Source: a virus
Lineage: Duplodnaviria; Caudoviricetes
Virus record (IMG/VR): IMGVR_UViG_3300032123_000052
Coordinates: 1 to 64,000 of that record
Direction: 5' to 3' (one strand)
Length of the DNA: 64,000 nt
Part shown: positions 9,567 to 20,500 of the stretch, piece by piece
Position numbering within the stretch: the stretch's first letter is position 1
Layout: every line of letters starts with the position of its first letter
Program-made: the position numbers and the translations under genes
The notes under the pieces: model-generated
The model's input: the letters and a program-made list of their open reading frames with translations, nothing else
Database searches by the model: none
Told to the model about the DNA's origin: nothing

Positions 9567-10535
9567 ATGGGTAGATATATTGGTACTGCTTTACAACATG
9601 ATGTAAAAGAACTCATTGAAGAATCACCATTGGACTTGGTTGAGTATCAAGCCAATACTGTTCTTCCTGAAAAGACAGTAACTGAAAAATCTGGAGAAAT
9701 ACCAGTAATGAAGACAAGTGTGGGAATGAAACAACTTGATCTTAAACGTGCTCCTCGTTCAACATTTAAACGTGCTGAATGGGTATGGGGAAGTGCAAAT
9801 TTTGTTACATATGAATATGGGTATGAAGAACCTATTGACAATGTTGAAAAATTGGAAAACGCAGATATTTTTAATGAAGAAGTTGTTGTTGCTAATATAG
9901 CAAGAAGTCAACTTATGTTAGCACGTGAGAAACGTGTGGCTGATGCTGTTTTTAGTGCTACTACTTTTGTAGGTGCTAAAAATACTACAGTCATTACTAA
10001 TGAATGGAGTGATGCTACCAACGCTGATCCCTATGCAGATATTACTAATGTGCACGATATTATGTTTGCGAAAAATGGTATACCTAGAGCAAGATGTGAA
10101 TTACTTATTAATGAAAAAGTATTTCGTAATGTAATGGGTAGTGATAAAATACAAAGTAATTTAAAGTATACTATACCTATTGATAAGATGTCTGAACAGG
10201 AGAAGAAAAATTTACTTGCCCAGTTTTTAGGTATAAAACAAGTAAATATTGCAACTTCATTTGCGGATTCTACTGCTATAGGTGTTGAAAATGCTGAGTT
10301 TTCTCGCCTTTGGAGTGATGAATACGCAATGTTTTATTTTCCTTGTCCTAATGTTGACTCTTGGAGGGTTAAAGGACTTGGTCGTCAACCAGTTTATGCA
10401 AAATTTTCTCCTACTTATATTATAGAAGATTATCCTGAACCACAATCTGATTCTCTGGTTGTTAGGGCAAGGGAATATAGGGGAGAATTTATTAATACTA
10501 TGTATGGAGTATTAATGTCCAATATGACCTCCTAA
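9567..10535 (+). CDS. Major capsid protein (lambda gpE-like, HK97 fold)
   Basis: 322 aa, RBS ggagg. Motifs LAREKRVAD, EWSDATNADPYADI and WSDEYA, plus canonical position. Confidence 0.85.
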   Translation: MGRYIGTALQHDVKELIEESPLDLVEYQANTVLPEKTVTEKSGEIPVMKTSVGMKQLDLKRAPRSTFKRAEWVWGSANFVTYEYGYEEPIDNVEKLENADIFNEEVVVANIARSQLMLAREKRVADAVFSATTFVGAKNTTVITNEWSDATNADPYADITNVHDIMFAKNGIPRARCELLINEKVFRNVMGSDKIQSNLKYTIPIDKMSEQEKKNLLAQFLGIKQVNIATSFADSTAIGVENAEFSRLWSDEYAMFYFPCPNVDSWRVKGLGRQPVYAKFSPTYIIEDYPEPQSDSLVVRAREYRGEFINTMYGVLMSNMTS

Positions 10536-10551
10536 GTCTATTGGTGTTGTA

Positions 10552-10591
10552 TAAGGTAAGTAGTGGGTTATTTTACCTGCTACTTATCTTA
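10552..10591 (+). terminator. Imperfect hairpin after the capsid gene (possible terminator)
   Basis: taaggtaagtag...ctacttatctta arms with G-U pairs, following the MCP stop. No strong U-tract. Confidence 0.4.
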
Positions 10592-10622
10592 ATAAATAAT
10601 TTAAGTTTTAGAAAGGTGAATT

Positions 10623-11231
10623 ATGTCCAGAGGAGGTTCACATAAAGGCGCAGTTCTTTTACATGCGGAAGAAAATATAAAAGAATTAAAAGCAATGATT
10701 CCTAGACGTAGAAAAGCCATGCAAAAAGCCATAGCCAAAAGTTTAACTAGAGCTAGACTCAGGGCAGAGGAGTATATTTTACCCAATACTACTGGAACTT
10801 ATAATCCTTATTTTGCTCGTAAAAAACAACCTGGCACATCAGGGCGTTTAACAAGTAGAACAGGTAAATTAAAAATAATGCTTAAAAGTGGAGCTGGTGC
10901 AAGTAACCCGTTAAAAGGTTGGATAGGATTTGGAAATAAGATAGCCAAACAACCATCTATTGCTTTACACAGTACAGTTAGAGCAGAGAAAAAAGATACT
11001 TTTTATACGGGGGCTATTAGAGTATGGTTAAGAGGAGGAGATCAAAGATTATTTGATACTGCAAGAGGACAACCACAAGAATCTCTACAAACTCTTGCTG
11101 TACGTTTTAATTGGGAAACTGGTATAAGAGGGGATAAACGACCGATTTTTGAACCAATTGCTAAAAAAAATGATTTTGATCTGCGTAAGTTTGTTGAAGA
11201 AGCAAATTCTAAAAATTGGAGGTTACATTAA
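10623..11231 (+). CDS. Putative neck/tail-completion protein
   Basis: Very basic, contains LTSRTGKLK and a C-terminal GI.GDKRPIFEP, resembling HK97-gp10/morphogenesis-type proteins; positional support. Confidence 0.45.
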   Translation: MSRGGSHKGAVLLHAEENIKELKAMIPRRRKAMQKAIAKSLTRARLRAEEYILPNTTGTYNPYFARKKQPGTSGRLTSRTGKLKIMLKSGAGASNPLKGWIGFGNKIAKQPSIALHSTVRAEKKDTFYTGAIRVWLRGGDQRLFDTARGQPQESLQTLAVRFNWETGIRGDKRPIFEPIAKKNDFDLRKFVEEANSKNWRLH

Positions 11232-11719
11232 TGGCTAAAGAACCATTAGCTGAATTTCTTGAAACTCTTATGGAAAAATATATAAATAATGGTACTTTTG
11301 TAAATGATCCTACAAATATTGTTATGGGTGAATCTATAAATGGTCTTGTGCATTTAAATAATGATATGTTTCCAAGACTTGAATTATTGATCACTAAACT
11401 TAAATTTGATGGATTTATGGATCAGAGGATTATAAATCAATCTTTTCGTTTTAGTGTAGCGGGACATCTTAAAAGAAACGAAGTTAAAACTACTCCAGAA
11501 AATATGTGGGAAGCTGTTAGATGGGGAAGAGAATTAACACAAATATTATTTACTATTCACGATGATGTAATAGCTGGAAAACCCCCTTGCGATGGATTTA
11601 TACAAATAGGAGGTTTTCCAGAAGTATTTTTTGAATATGAAATGTTTCCTAAGATCACTTCAGTTATTCTCTTTGCTGAGGCTGAAATACAGTTAAGTGA
11701 TATTTACACAAATAATTAA
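11231..11719 (+). CDS. Putative tail terminator protein
   Basis: Directly upstream of the tail tube gene, with FPRLEL and an alternating beta/alpha pattern. RBS ggagg favours a start at 11231. Confidence 0.5.
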   Translation: MAKEPLAEFLETLMEKYINNGTFVNDPTNIVMGESINGLVHLNNDMFPRLELLITKLKFDGFMDQRIINQSFRFSVAGHLKRNEVKTTPENMWEAVRWGRELTQILFTIHDDVIAGKPPCDGFIQIGGFPEVFFEYEMFPKITSVILFAEAEIQLSDIYTNN

Positions 11720-11728
11720 GGAGGGATA

Positions 11729-13372
11729 ATGCCTACACCGAAAATTTTTGAGACCGGTGCTATGAAAATGGAATCAGGTCAATCGGCTTCAGATTTTAGT
11801 GATACTTTTACAGCCGATACAGGTTCAGATATACTTACAGTTGCTAGTGATCATGGATTGGTCACTGGAGATATTGTACAACTCACTACTTCCGTTGCTG
11901 ATTTACCTGATCCTTTAGCAGTATTAACTGAGTACTTTGTTATATTAGTTGATGCTGATGAGGTACAATTAGCTACAACTCTTGCTAATGCTTTAGCGGG
12001 CACAGAAATTGATATTACTGATGCAGGAACAGGTACACACACTCTACATAATTGGGCTGTACCTCATGGAGGATGGGGAGGCAATACTGGTGTACAAACA
12101 TTAGGGGCTAATGATGCTTTTCCGTGGTTGGCTTTTGGTAGTAAATTAAATATTGCTACAGAAGAAGATGCTAGTGTAACTACAAAAGCATTTAAAACTA
12201 CTCCGCGTTTAATTGGAAAAACTGTCGATAACCCGGTTTCTTATTATGCTCGTTTTAAAGGAATAAATCGATTTCATTATTGGATGTGGGGTTTCGAGAA
12301 TAAAATTACTGAAGTAGTAGTATGTCGTGCTGCTGCATCCCCTTTTACTGTTGCTCCTGTTATCGGTGAACAGGGTGATGATGTAGCTACAAATACCTTT
12401 ACTTTTTTAAGAACAGAAATTCTTAGAAATGGTGATCGTCTTTATATTTTCAAAGCAGATGATAGTGTTGCACCTAGTGGTGGTTTAACTATTACTAAGG
12501 CAGCGGGATGGGTATTTACATTTGTTTCTACCAGTGCTGTTATGTATGAACATGTATATGAGCTTGATTCAAGGGGTAGACGTTTACGTTCATATACTGC
12601 TGCTGAACTTGCAGTACATACTACTTTATTAAGTACAGATCAAAGAAATTTAATGGCTACATTTGGGAAAAGAATTAACGAGTATGATTTACGTTATAAA
12701 AATAGTATGTGTAAAAGTTTTTCCCTTAAAATGTCGGCTGCTGGACTCTCTCAGTGGGATGCCAATTATATGGCTTTTACAGAAGAAAGAAGTACATTAG
12801 CTAATGGGTACTCTTCTGAGGATTGGACATTAGTTTCTGGACTGGGAGATCATTCATTGGTACCTGCTCATTTTGAATATCGTTTTAGTATGGGTACAAC
12901 TATAACTCCGGGTACAGAAGGGGAGATTGTTGGTTTAACTGAAGTCGGACTAACGGATTTTAGTTTTGATGTTGAAGTACCTTTACAAAGTTTACAGGAT
13001 ACTATTTCTGGATTGGGTCTTGCTGAACCCATATTAGAAAATAAATATGGTGTTCGTTGTACTGGTACGATTTCTCGTCATTCAGCTCAAACATGGCAAG
13101 CTTATCGTGATGCCCAAACTAAAGTTGTAGCACATATAATAACTAATCAAGGTGATTATATGCAAGAAATTATGATGAAAGAATGTACTTTTTCTGAATC
13201 TGGTGGGGATGATTCTGATGTTATACAAGAACCTGTAGCATTAGAAATAGGATTTCTTGCAAGTACTTCTGAATGGTCTGATTATCTTAATGGTATTACT
13301 GAATTACATGATAGTCCTGCAGTATTTAGAGTTCGTGATGATTCAGATGTAAATCAAATGTTATTATTTTAA
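11729..13372 (+). CDS. Major tail (tube) protein with inserted accessory domains
   Basis: Position before the chaperone and tape measure genes. C-terminal tube-like strands (CKSFSLKMS, FSFDVE, VRCTGTI, EIMMKEC). At 547 aa it is long because of two insertions. Confidence 0.6.
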   Translation: MPTPKIFETGAMKMESGQSASDFSDTFTADTGSDILTVASDHGLVTGDIVQLTTSVADLPDPLAVLTEYFVILVDADEVQLATTLANALAGTEIDITDAGTGTHTLHNWAVPHGGWGGNTGVQTLGANDAFPWLAFGSKLNIATEEDASVTTKAFKTTPRLIGKTVDNPVSYYARFKGINRFHYWMWGFENKITEVVVCRAAASPFTVAPVIGEQGDDVATNTFTFLRTEILRNGDRLYIFKADDSVAPSGGLTITKAAGWVFTFVSTSAVMYEHVYELDSRGRRLRSYTAAELAVHTTLLSTDQRNLMATFGKRINEYDLRYKNSMCKSFSLKMSAAGLSQWDANYMAFTEERSTLANGYSSEDWTLVSGLGDHSLVPAHFEYRFSMGTTITPGTEGEIVGLTEVGLTDFSFDVEVPLQSLQDTISGLGLAEPILENKYGVRCTGTISRHSAQTWQAYRDAQTKVVAHIITNQGDYMQEIMMKECTFSESGGDDSDVIQEPVALEIGFLASTSEWSDYLNGITELHDSPAVFRVRDDSDVNQMLLF

Positions 13373-13378
13373 TTAAGT

Positions 13379-13414
13379 AAGTGACCTATTACCTAATTAG
13401 GTAATAGGTCACTT
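13379..13414. repeat. Perfect 36-bp palindrome between the tail tube and chaperone genes
   Basis: aagtgacctattacctaa|ttaggtaataggtcactt is self-reverse-complementary. Confidence 0.95.
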
Positions 13415-13442
13415 GTACTAATTCATTTATTAGGAGGTCAAG

Positions 13443-13865
13443 ATGGGATTCGTAGTTAATCCAAAACGTGATGTAATTTTTCATCATACTATTGTGGAAG
13501 AAGATCAAGAACCAATTGAAATTTCTGTATCATTTAGTTTTATTGCGGCGGAAGATGTTGATTATGTTGAACTACAGAAAAAAGCAGAAGACAAAACTAC
13601 TTTTGAAGTTACAAATGAAGATACAGGAGAAAAGAAAACTATTAATATGGGTTTGTATAATACTTTTTTGTATACTCTAAGAACTTCTTTAGTAGGATGT
13701 ACGGGATTTGTTGATTCTGGTAATAATGAAATAGAAATTAAAGATAAAGATGGTAAAACAATTGTCAGTAATCAGTTAGTTGTTTTTGAAGCTATAAGAC
13801 TAATGAAAGAGTTATTTGATAAGGTAATTATAGCATACAGTGGGACACAAGAAAAAAACTTATAG
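13443..13865 (+). CDS. Tail assembly chaperone (gpG-like)
   Basis: Between the tail tube and tape measure genes, RBS ggagg, and ends at a slippery site. Confidence 0.75.
   Translation: MGFVVNPKRDVIFHHTIVEEDQEPIEISVSFSFIAAEDVDYVELQKKAEDKTTFEVTNEDTGEKKTINMGLYNTFLYTLRTSLVGCTGFVDSGNNEIEIKDKDGKTIVSNQLVVFEAIRLMKELFDKVIIAYSGTQEKNL
13853..13859 (+). other. Programmed -1 ribosomal frameshift heptamer A AAA AAC
   Basis: X XXY YYZ heptamer in the gpG frame, one sense codon before TAG. The -1 frame is open through to 14233. Confidence 0.8.
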
Positions 13866-14233
13866 ACTGGTGTGATGGTACTATAGATTTTAATTGGTCA
13901 CCATCTTTATGTCTGTTATGCCAGTCTGTTAAGACATGTAAATTCTGTAAATATGTCATAGACCAAGAACTTGATTTACGTAGTTTAGCATTGTATACCC
14001 CTTTAGCTGAACTTTGGTATATTTTTCAGACTATCTTAGTTATTAGTCCTACTACTGAAATTGGATTTACTATGATGGGAGCTGATGTATTTTTAAAAGG
14101 ATATGATTTTGTACTGGGTCAAGTAACCCATCGTGAATTTTGGAGAGTTATGGTATATTTTCTTAATAGGACAAATGAAAAGTTTAGGGAAAGAAGAAAA
14201 TCTAAACTTGCTCAACTGGGAAGAAGGAAATAA
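13859..14233 (+). CDS. Frameshift extension (gpT part of the gpGT fusion)
   Basis: The -1 frame reads LIDWCDGTIDFNWSPSLCLLCQSVKTCKFCKYVIDQELDLRSLALYTPLAELW... and is in frame with track ORF 13991..14233. Its stop overlaps the TMP start. Confidence 0.72.
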   Translation, partial: LIDWCDGTIDFNWSPSLCLLCQSVKTCKFCKYVIDQELDLRSLALYTPLAELWYIFQTILVISPTTEIGFTMMGADVFLKGYDFVLGQVTHREFWRVMVYFLNRTNEKFRERRKSKLAQLGRRK

Positions 14234-17175
14234 TGGCAAGACCTTTAGTGTTAAAATTTACAGTCGATGATAAAGGGAATGTAGTCATTGACAAAATGAG
14301 TTCCAATGTCAATAAGCTAAATAAAAATACGAAGGGATTAGGGAAAACTCTAACCCACGTATTTGCTTCTGCTGTTATGCTCACAGCTCTTAATAAATTT
14401 AGAATGGGTATAGCTTCAGCAAATAAAGAAGTATTTGAATTTAATAAAACTTTTAAACAGATCGAAGGTATTACAGGAACTAGTGGTAAGTCCTTAGATG
14501 CACTAAAGAAAAAGACTCTTGATGTAAGTAATGTTACAGAACATACTTCTACTGCTATTGCAAAAGCAGTTTTAAGTATATCTAAGATGGGATTTACACT
14601 AGAGCAATCTTTAGCTGTTGTTCCTCATGTAGCTGATTTAGCCACTTCTTCAATTGTTGAATTAGATGAGGCTACAAGAGTAGCTGTTCAGACTATGAAA
14701 TCATATCAAATGGGCGCATCTGATATGGAACACATAGTTAATACTATTCAAGGAACAGTTAGTAAAACAGCTATAAATTTCGATGAATATGCTCAATCCA
14801 TGAAATTTGTAGCTCCTATTGGTCAAGCATTAAATATAACTCTTGAAGAAACATCTGCTATGATTGGTAAGCTAGGTGATGTAGGTATTAAGGGTTCATT
14901 GGCAGGTACCACTCTTAAAAATATGTTTTTAAATATAATGAAACCTAGTGATGATGTTAGGGTTATACTTAAAACTTTGAATGTTGAAGGTAAAGGATTT
15001 AATGAAATACTTAAAGCCATGAACAAAGCAGGTATTCCTATATCTTCATTTTTAGAAACATTTAATAAAAGAGCGATTGCTGGGTCACTTGCACTAGCGG
15101 AAATGACAGGGGCTACTGATGAATTAAAAAAAGCATTAGAAATGGAAGATGTTAAGGTTAAAGATGTCGCTGATATAATTCGTGATGCATGGATACCTCA
15201 ATTGTTAATGCTAAGAAATACATTTGTCAATGTATTTGTCACAATGGGAAAAATTCTCGATGATTCTGATTTAGGAATAGGTATTGGAGGCATAACTAAA
15301 AAATTTATAGAGCTTCAAGGATGGCTTGAAAAAAATCCGGGAGCTGTTATTGGAGTAGCTAAAGAAATAGCCAGTCTTACTATGAATATAACTAAATTAG
15401 CTGCTGGAGCATTTGAATTTGCTATTAAAAATGGGGATATGTTATTTAAGTTATTTAAAGTTATGTTGACTTTAAACATAGCTAATAGAATAGGAATCGG
15501 TTATACAAGAGCTTTTACGAGATTTGATAATGCTGTAGGTAATGCTGGAAAAAGTATGGCTATATCTTTACCTATTTTACAGGGAATGGCAATAGCCATA
15601 CAACTTGCATCTGCTTGGACAGATAAATGGGTTGAAAATCTTGAAAGAGTGCAAAAAGTAACAGGTGATATAACCATAAAAGGTCTTGAACATAAACTTG
15701 AAGCTTTACAAGCATTCCAAAAAAGAATGACTGATCTTACGGAAATTAAGTTTAAAAATAAAATTACTTGGGTAGGCAAAGGACTTGCTGAAATTGAAAG
15801 AGTATTAGAGAATGATGTAGAATTATTAAATAGGATTTCTAGGACCATAGGAAAAGAGTTTGGTATTGATCCTAATTTTTTTAAGGGATTTACAAAAATT
15901 GATATGGTGATTTCTGGCTTAGAGAAAAGAATAACTAGGATGAAAAAGATAGCAACGGAAGAAACAAAAAAACCAAAAGTAATTGATCCATTTAATTTAG
16001 AAGATTTATTGGGTACAGATGGTGGCAAAGGAGCTAAAGATCCTGCTGAGGAATATGCTGATGCTTTTATAAAGTATATGGAATTAAGACTAAAAGGAAA
16101 AAGTGAAGTAATAGCTAGAGCTTTAGCCGGATTTTCTTTGGATGCTGCTAAATTGTTGGGAGCAGGAGAAACTATAGGAGGATTAACTGGCGGACAAATT
16201 GGAGGTTTGGGTAAATTAACTCCGGGATTTGAAGCTAGTTTAACTGGACAAGAAATTCCTGGTTTACCTTTACACATGGCTGACATACCCAATGTTTCTG
16301 AACAAGCTGAAAATGCTATAAAATCGGCATCTGTAGAAGTTGAAATTTTAAATACCCAAAAAGAACGTATTAAGGTAATAGATGAATTAATTAAAAAATA
16401 TGAAGAAGAGTTTGAAGCTATTGAAGAACTTGAAGCTAGGCAATTAGAGGCCTTAGAAGCTGAAAGAGCTATTGGTGAAGAGCGTAAAGAATTTTGGCTT
16501 GATCAAGCCGAAGGATTTATGTCAGCAGCTCAAATGGCTACTAGTATGGTTCAAATGATTCAAGATGCTCAATTTAACAAACTTAAATCTCATCATCAAG
16601 AACAAATGAAAATGTTTGATGAGAGAGCGAAACGTGAAATAGATAATGTTCAGGGCAATGCTTTTAAACAAGCTATTATTGCTCGTAAAATGGCTAAAGA
16701 GAGACAAAAACTTGAAGCAGAACAATCAAAATTAGAAAGAGAACAGAAAGAAAAACAAAGAAGATGGGCAATGATTGAAGTTGTTATTAATACAGCAGTA
16801 GGTATAACTCAAGCTCTTAGGGGTATGGTTCCTCCTGCTAGTATAGTTATGGCGGCTATAGTTGGGGCAATGGGGTTTGCCCAACTTGGTCTTATTTCTT
16901 CCCAGGAAAGTTTCAAGGTGGGTGGTTATACTGGTTCAGGTGACCCATCGGATGTTGCTGGTTATGTACATAAAAAAGAATTTGTTATTAAAGATAGAGA
17001 TGTTAGAGACCTAGGGGGAGCTACAGGAGTACAACAGATGATTGATGATAGACTTGAAAATACAGGTACTTCTAATAGAGTTGTTTATATGAATATTGAT
17101 ACATTTATTGGAACAGAAGAATTTAAACGAGAGCTTTTTGTTGATATACAAAAGGAGGCTCAGAGATGGGAATAA
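14233..17175 (+). CDS. Tape measure protein (TP901-type core)
   Basis: 980 aa, helical. TP901-core motifs (LEETSAMIGKLGDVGIKGSLAGTTLKN), hydrophobic patches and C-terminal GGYTG/GYVHKKEFV. Confidence 0.92.
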   Translation: MARPLVLKFTVDDKGNVVIDKMSSNVNKLNKNTKGLGKTLTHVFASAVMLTALNKFRMGIASANKEVFEFNKTFKQIEGITGTSGKSLDALKKKTLDVSNVTEHTSTAIAKAVLSISKMGFTLEQSLAVVPHVADLATSSIVELDEATRVAVQTMKSYQMGASDMEHIVNTIQGTVSKTAINFDEYAQSMKFVAPIGQALNITLEETSAMIGKLGDVGIKGSLAGTTLKNMFLNIMKPSDDVRVILKTLNVEGKGFNEILKAMNKAGIPISSFLETFNKRAIAGSLALAEMTGATDELKKALEMEDVKVKDVADIIRDAWIPQLLMLRNTFVNVFVTMGKILDDSDLGIGIGGITKKFIELQGWLEKNPGAVIGVAKEIASLTMNITKLAAGAFEFAIKNGDMLFKLFKVMLTLNIANRIGIGYTRAFTRFDNAVGNAGKSMAISLPILQGMAIAIQLASAWTDKWVENLERVQKVTGDITIKGLEHKLEALQAFQKRMTDLTEIKFKNKITWVGKGLAEIERVLENDVELLNRISRTIGKEFGIDPNFFKGFTKIDMVISGLEKRITRMKKIATEETKKPKVIDPFNLEDLLGTDGGKGAKDPAEEYADAFIKYMELRLKGKSEVIARALAGFSLDAAKLLGAGETIGGLTGGQIGGLGKLTPGFEASLTGQEIPGLPLHMADIPNVSEQAENAIKSASVEVEILNTQKERIKVIDELIKKYEEEFEAIEELEARQLEALEAERAIGEERKEFWLDQAEGFMSAAQMATSMVQMIQDAQFNKLKSHHQEQMKMFDERAKREIDNVQGNAFKQAIIARKMAKERQKLEAEQSKLEREQKEKQRRWAMIEVVINTAVGITQALRGMVPPASIVMAAIVGAMGFAQLGLISSQESFKVGGYTGSGDPSDVAGYVHKKEFVIKDRDVRDLGGATGVQQMIDDRLENTGTSNRVVYMNIDTFIGTEEFKRELFVDIQKEAQRWE

Positions 17176-17582
17176 GTATAACTTTTGATACTTTAATAGT
17201 GGGAGGAGATATTACTTTAATTACTCCTACTGTAGTTTATGGTACAGATTATTTTGATATGCGGTATAATCAATCTTCTAATAGAACTGCTGATGGTACA
17301 CTTGTGACATATGGTACAGGTTTATCTGTTGTTAGTGGGGAAATAATCATGAAAGGCGTGTCATGGATTGAAGGGGATAATTTTAGAACATGGTTACATG
17401 ATGAAGTTATTTTTGCATTAAATAGTTTTACTATAACACCACCTGCTGAGCTTGATCTGGGTAAAGGTAAAGGAGTAGTAGTAGCTGGTTGTAATTTTAT
17501 AGGGCATGATGATAAAGGAGTTCTTAAACTCGTAGTACCAGGAAATTTTAAAATTAAGTTTCCCTACACCTTTGTGAGATAA
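17166..17582 (+). CDS. Putative distal tail protein
   Basis: 138 aa, beta-rich, immediately after the TMP (RTADGTLVTY motif). Confidence 0.5.
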   Translation: MGISITFDTLIVGGDITLITPTVVYGTDYFDMRYNQSSNRTADGTLVTYGTGLSVVSGEIIMKGVSWIEGDNFRTWLHDEVIFALNSFTITPPAELDLGKGKGVVVAGCNFIGHDDKGVLKLVVPGNFKIKFPYTFVR

Positions 17583-17592
17583 GGATTTTAAT

Positions 17593-20500
17593 ATGTTTGA
17601 ATCAAGTACAAATGTTACTACTTCAGTTGCAATATATCCTAATTCAGGAGATGATTGGGATATACTTAGTCCTTTTCCTGCTGAGATACTTAAAAAAGTA
17701 GTTATAGTGACAGGTATATTCTCTACTACTCCTTCGAAGGGAGATACCTGTACAGATATTGATACCAATAGTTTTACATATTTAAGAATTGTCACAGGAA
17801 CCAATAAACATGTTTTTGAGGCAAATGATAGTATAGCTCCTACATTACAGACAGGGAATTTAACTAATATATCTCCTGGTTGGGTATTTACTTTTACTGC
17901 ACATGATGGATTAGAAAATGAAAAGGGTTTTGTATTTTCTAATTCCCTAATTAATAATTATGGGTTACTTCACCTACTACCAAAAAGATTAAATGATGTG
18001 GGCAGAATTAACAATGAAGTTAATTTTTTAGCCAAGACAAATTTACAAAGTAAAACTATACCAGTAAGTCAAGGTATAGGTGGAATGTCCAAATTAAAAG
18101 ATTTTAATTTTACTATTACTAAGGATTATTTGGGTACTAATCCTATGGATATTAATGATATTATAAATACCTATGGCAGAACCATTTCTTTATTTATTTC
18201 TGAGTCCACAGGAATTGAAGATCCTGATAATGTAACATATTCAAAAATAAAATTCAAGGGTAAAATATTTAAAGCAGGTAGGAAAAATAATGAAATTATA
18301 TTTATTGTTAAAGGCTTACTTAATTCAGCTAATCCTCTTGTAGGTGGAGCTGTAGTCACACAAAGTGATAATTCACAAGAAAATGAAGCTATATTATTTG
18401 GAGATTCTGGAGGCGCTTATATCCCAATAAGTAAAAAAGAAGATGATAATGGAATAGTTACCTTGCAATTTAATCAAGATGATAAATTTATTATTAAAAG
18501 TTTACATGTTAAGAGCGGTACAGATTCTGAACCTGTGTGGTTAGATATTGATACCCCCTACAATATTGTAGATAACAAGATTATATTTAATGAGATTGAG
18601 TATTCTGAAATATTTCTAAGAGAGGTTTTGGATGCACCCATTAATCAAATTGACAGACTTGTTATTGAATCATATTATATAGTAGGTATAAATTTTGAGG
18701 GAGATATGACACCTATTACTTTATCTCCAGGGGATAAAGTAATGTGTAAATATATTAATCCATCTTATAATCTTCAAGATACCCTTAATCGTATGACTTA
18801 TATAAAAATGGAAACTGTTTTAGATGAGGACATATATTTTTTTAAATGTGGTTGGGAGTTTGTTTTTGGGTATTTAAGAGGACATATAGATAATTACACA
18901 AATGATATTACAGACAGAAAAACCTATTTAAATTTACCTCATGCTGGAGGTTTAACTGTTAGGGCTATAAGTTATATTGTTACATATAGATTAAATCCAC
19001 TTGAAAAAGAAATAGATGCTTTACCCATAAGATTTCCAGATGGTGTAGATGTAAATTGGCAAGCTCAGGAGTTAAAAGATGTATTACAGATGTGGGGCAC
19101 AGCAGATAGAGTATTTCAATCTATTCCAAAAGATCCATTAATAATACAGATTGAAGATGAAAAAATGTTAGTGATATATACAGAAAAAGATACAGGTTAC
19201 CCCTCTAGTGAACAATGTCCAGATCAACCTGAGTATTGTTATGTATGGGTAGTAAGGGGATGGTCAAATACCGATAAAGTTAGTCATAGTAATAATTTAC
19301 CTGTGACAATTTATAATTCCCTAGAACAAAAAATATTAGTTAATTTTGTAAGACCATTACAAAATTTAAATTCGGTTACTCCTTCAGGGGATTGGACTTT
19401 CGGTACTGATTTTGACAAGTTTTTAAAAAATGTACAGGATATGCAAGTTTGGAATTTTGCAGGTGGGGGTGTATTAACTAGTGAACATGATCCTTTAGCT
19501 TGGCTAGCATTAGATTTTAATTTACCAGATCTAACAGGCGATTTAGAAAATCTTTGGTTAATTGGAAAAGCTTCTGTTGATATTGATCCATATGATATAA
19601 ATCAAGGTAACCCAGAAGGGGATGCTTTTATAAGTATTGCTTTAAATACCATTGAAGAGGGGAATGAAACAAGTACTATTGAACAACGACAGAAAAGACG
19701 TAGAATATATGGACAATATTTACATGATGACATATCTGAACAAGATAAATATAAAATTGCTTCTTATCGTTATGATGGGTCACTTGAACAAGTACAAGGG
19801 GAATATATTTTTTCTTTAAAGACTGTTACTGCTTTTGCTAGGTATCATAATGCATATATACCCGGTGCTGGTTATAGTGTTAAGCAGCAAACCAATGCTT
19901 ATAATATAAGCGACTACGATGATTTAAAAGAAACTTCTATATTTTTCTGTTTAAATAGTAACACATATGAGAATAAAAAAACTATGTTTACTTTTAATAG
20001 ACCATCATTAAAAGTACAACTTAAAATGGATATTTTATCTGCTGATATTTATGCTAAAGTTATTCCTAAAAAGATTTTTGATAACTCTAGTGATGAATTT
20101 ACAATAGGTACTAATGGTAAAATCTGTTGGCATCCCTATAACTATTTCCAAACGATTGGAGATTTAATTAATCCAGATTTAAAAAATATGATCTCGGTTT
20201 CTGATGATGATAATTTAGGATTTACAAATATAGCCGTATTTTCCAATGCTAAGTTTGGTTTTGTTACACCTAATCCAAATACAGATTATCCAGGTTTTTT
20301 AGTTAAAGATCTAATTAGAAAAAATGGGGTAGGTAAAATTTACCCTACTCAAAATTTGAAAGAAGATTATATTCTGCCTTCTATTGATGTCGGAAATTAT
20401 GTTAGAACAACAGGTTTTCCTGATGGGTTATCTGATGCAGGCAAAATACTTCTTGAAAATGGTAGCTCTTATTTATGGGTAGATCAGGATAATAATAAAG

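Noticed and set aside
11804-12055. Link between the tail-tube insert (a domain type sometimes labelled E1-FCCH-like) and the Ubl operon
   Set aside because: The module is a generic phage structural domain, and it lies in the compositionally different left block.
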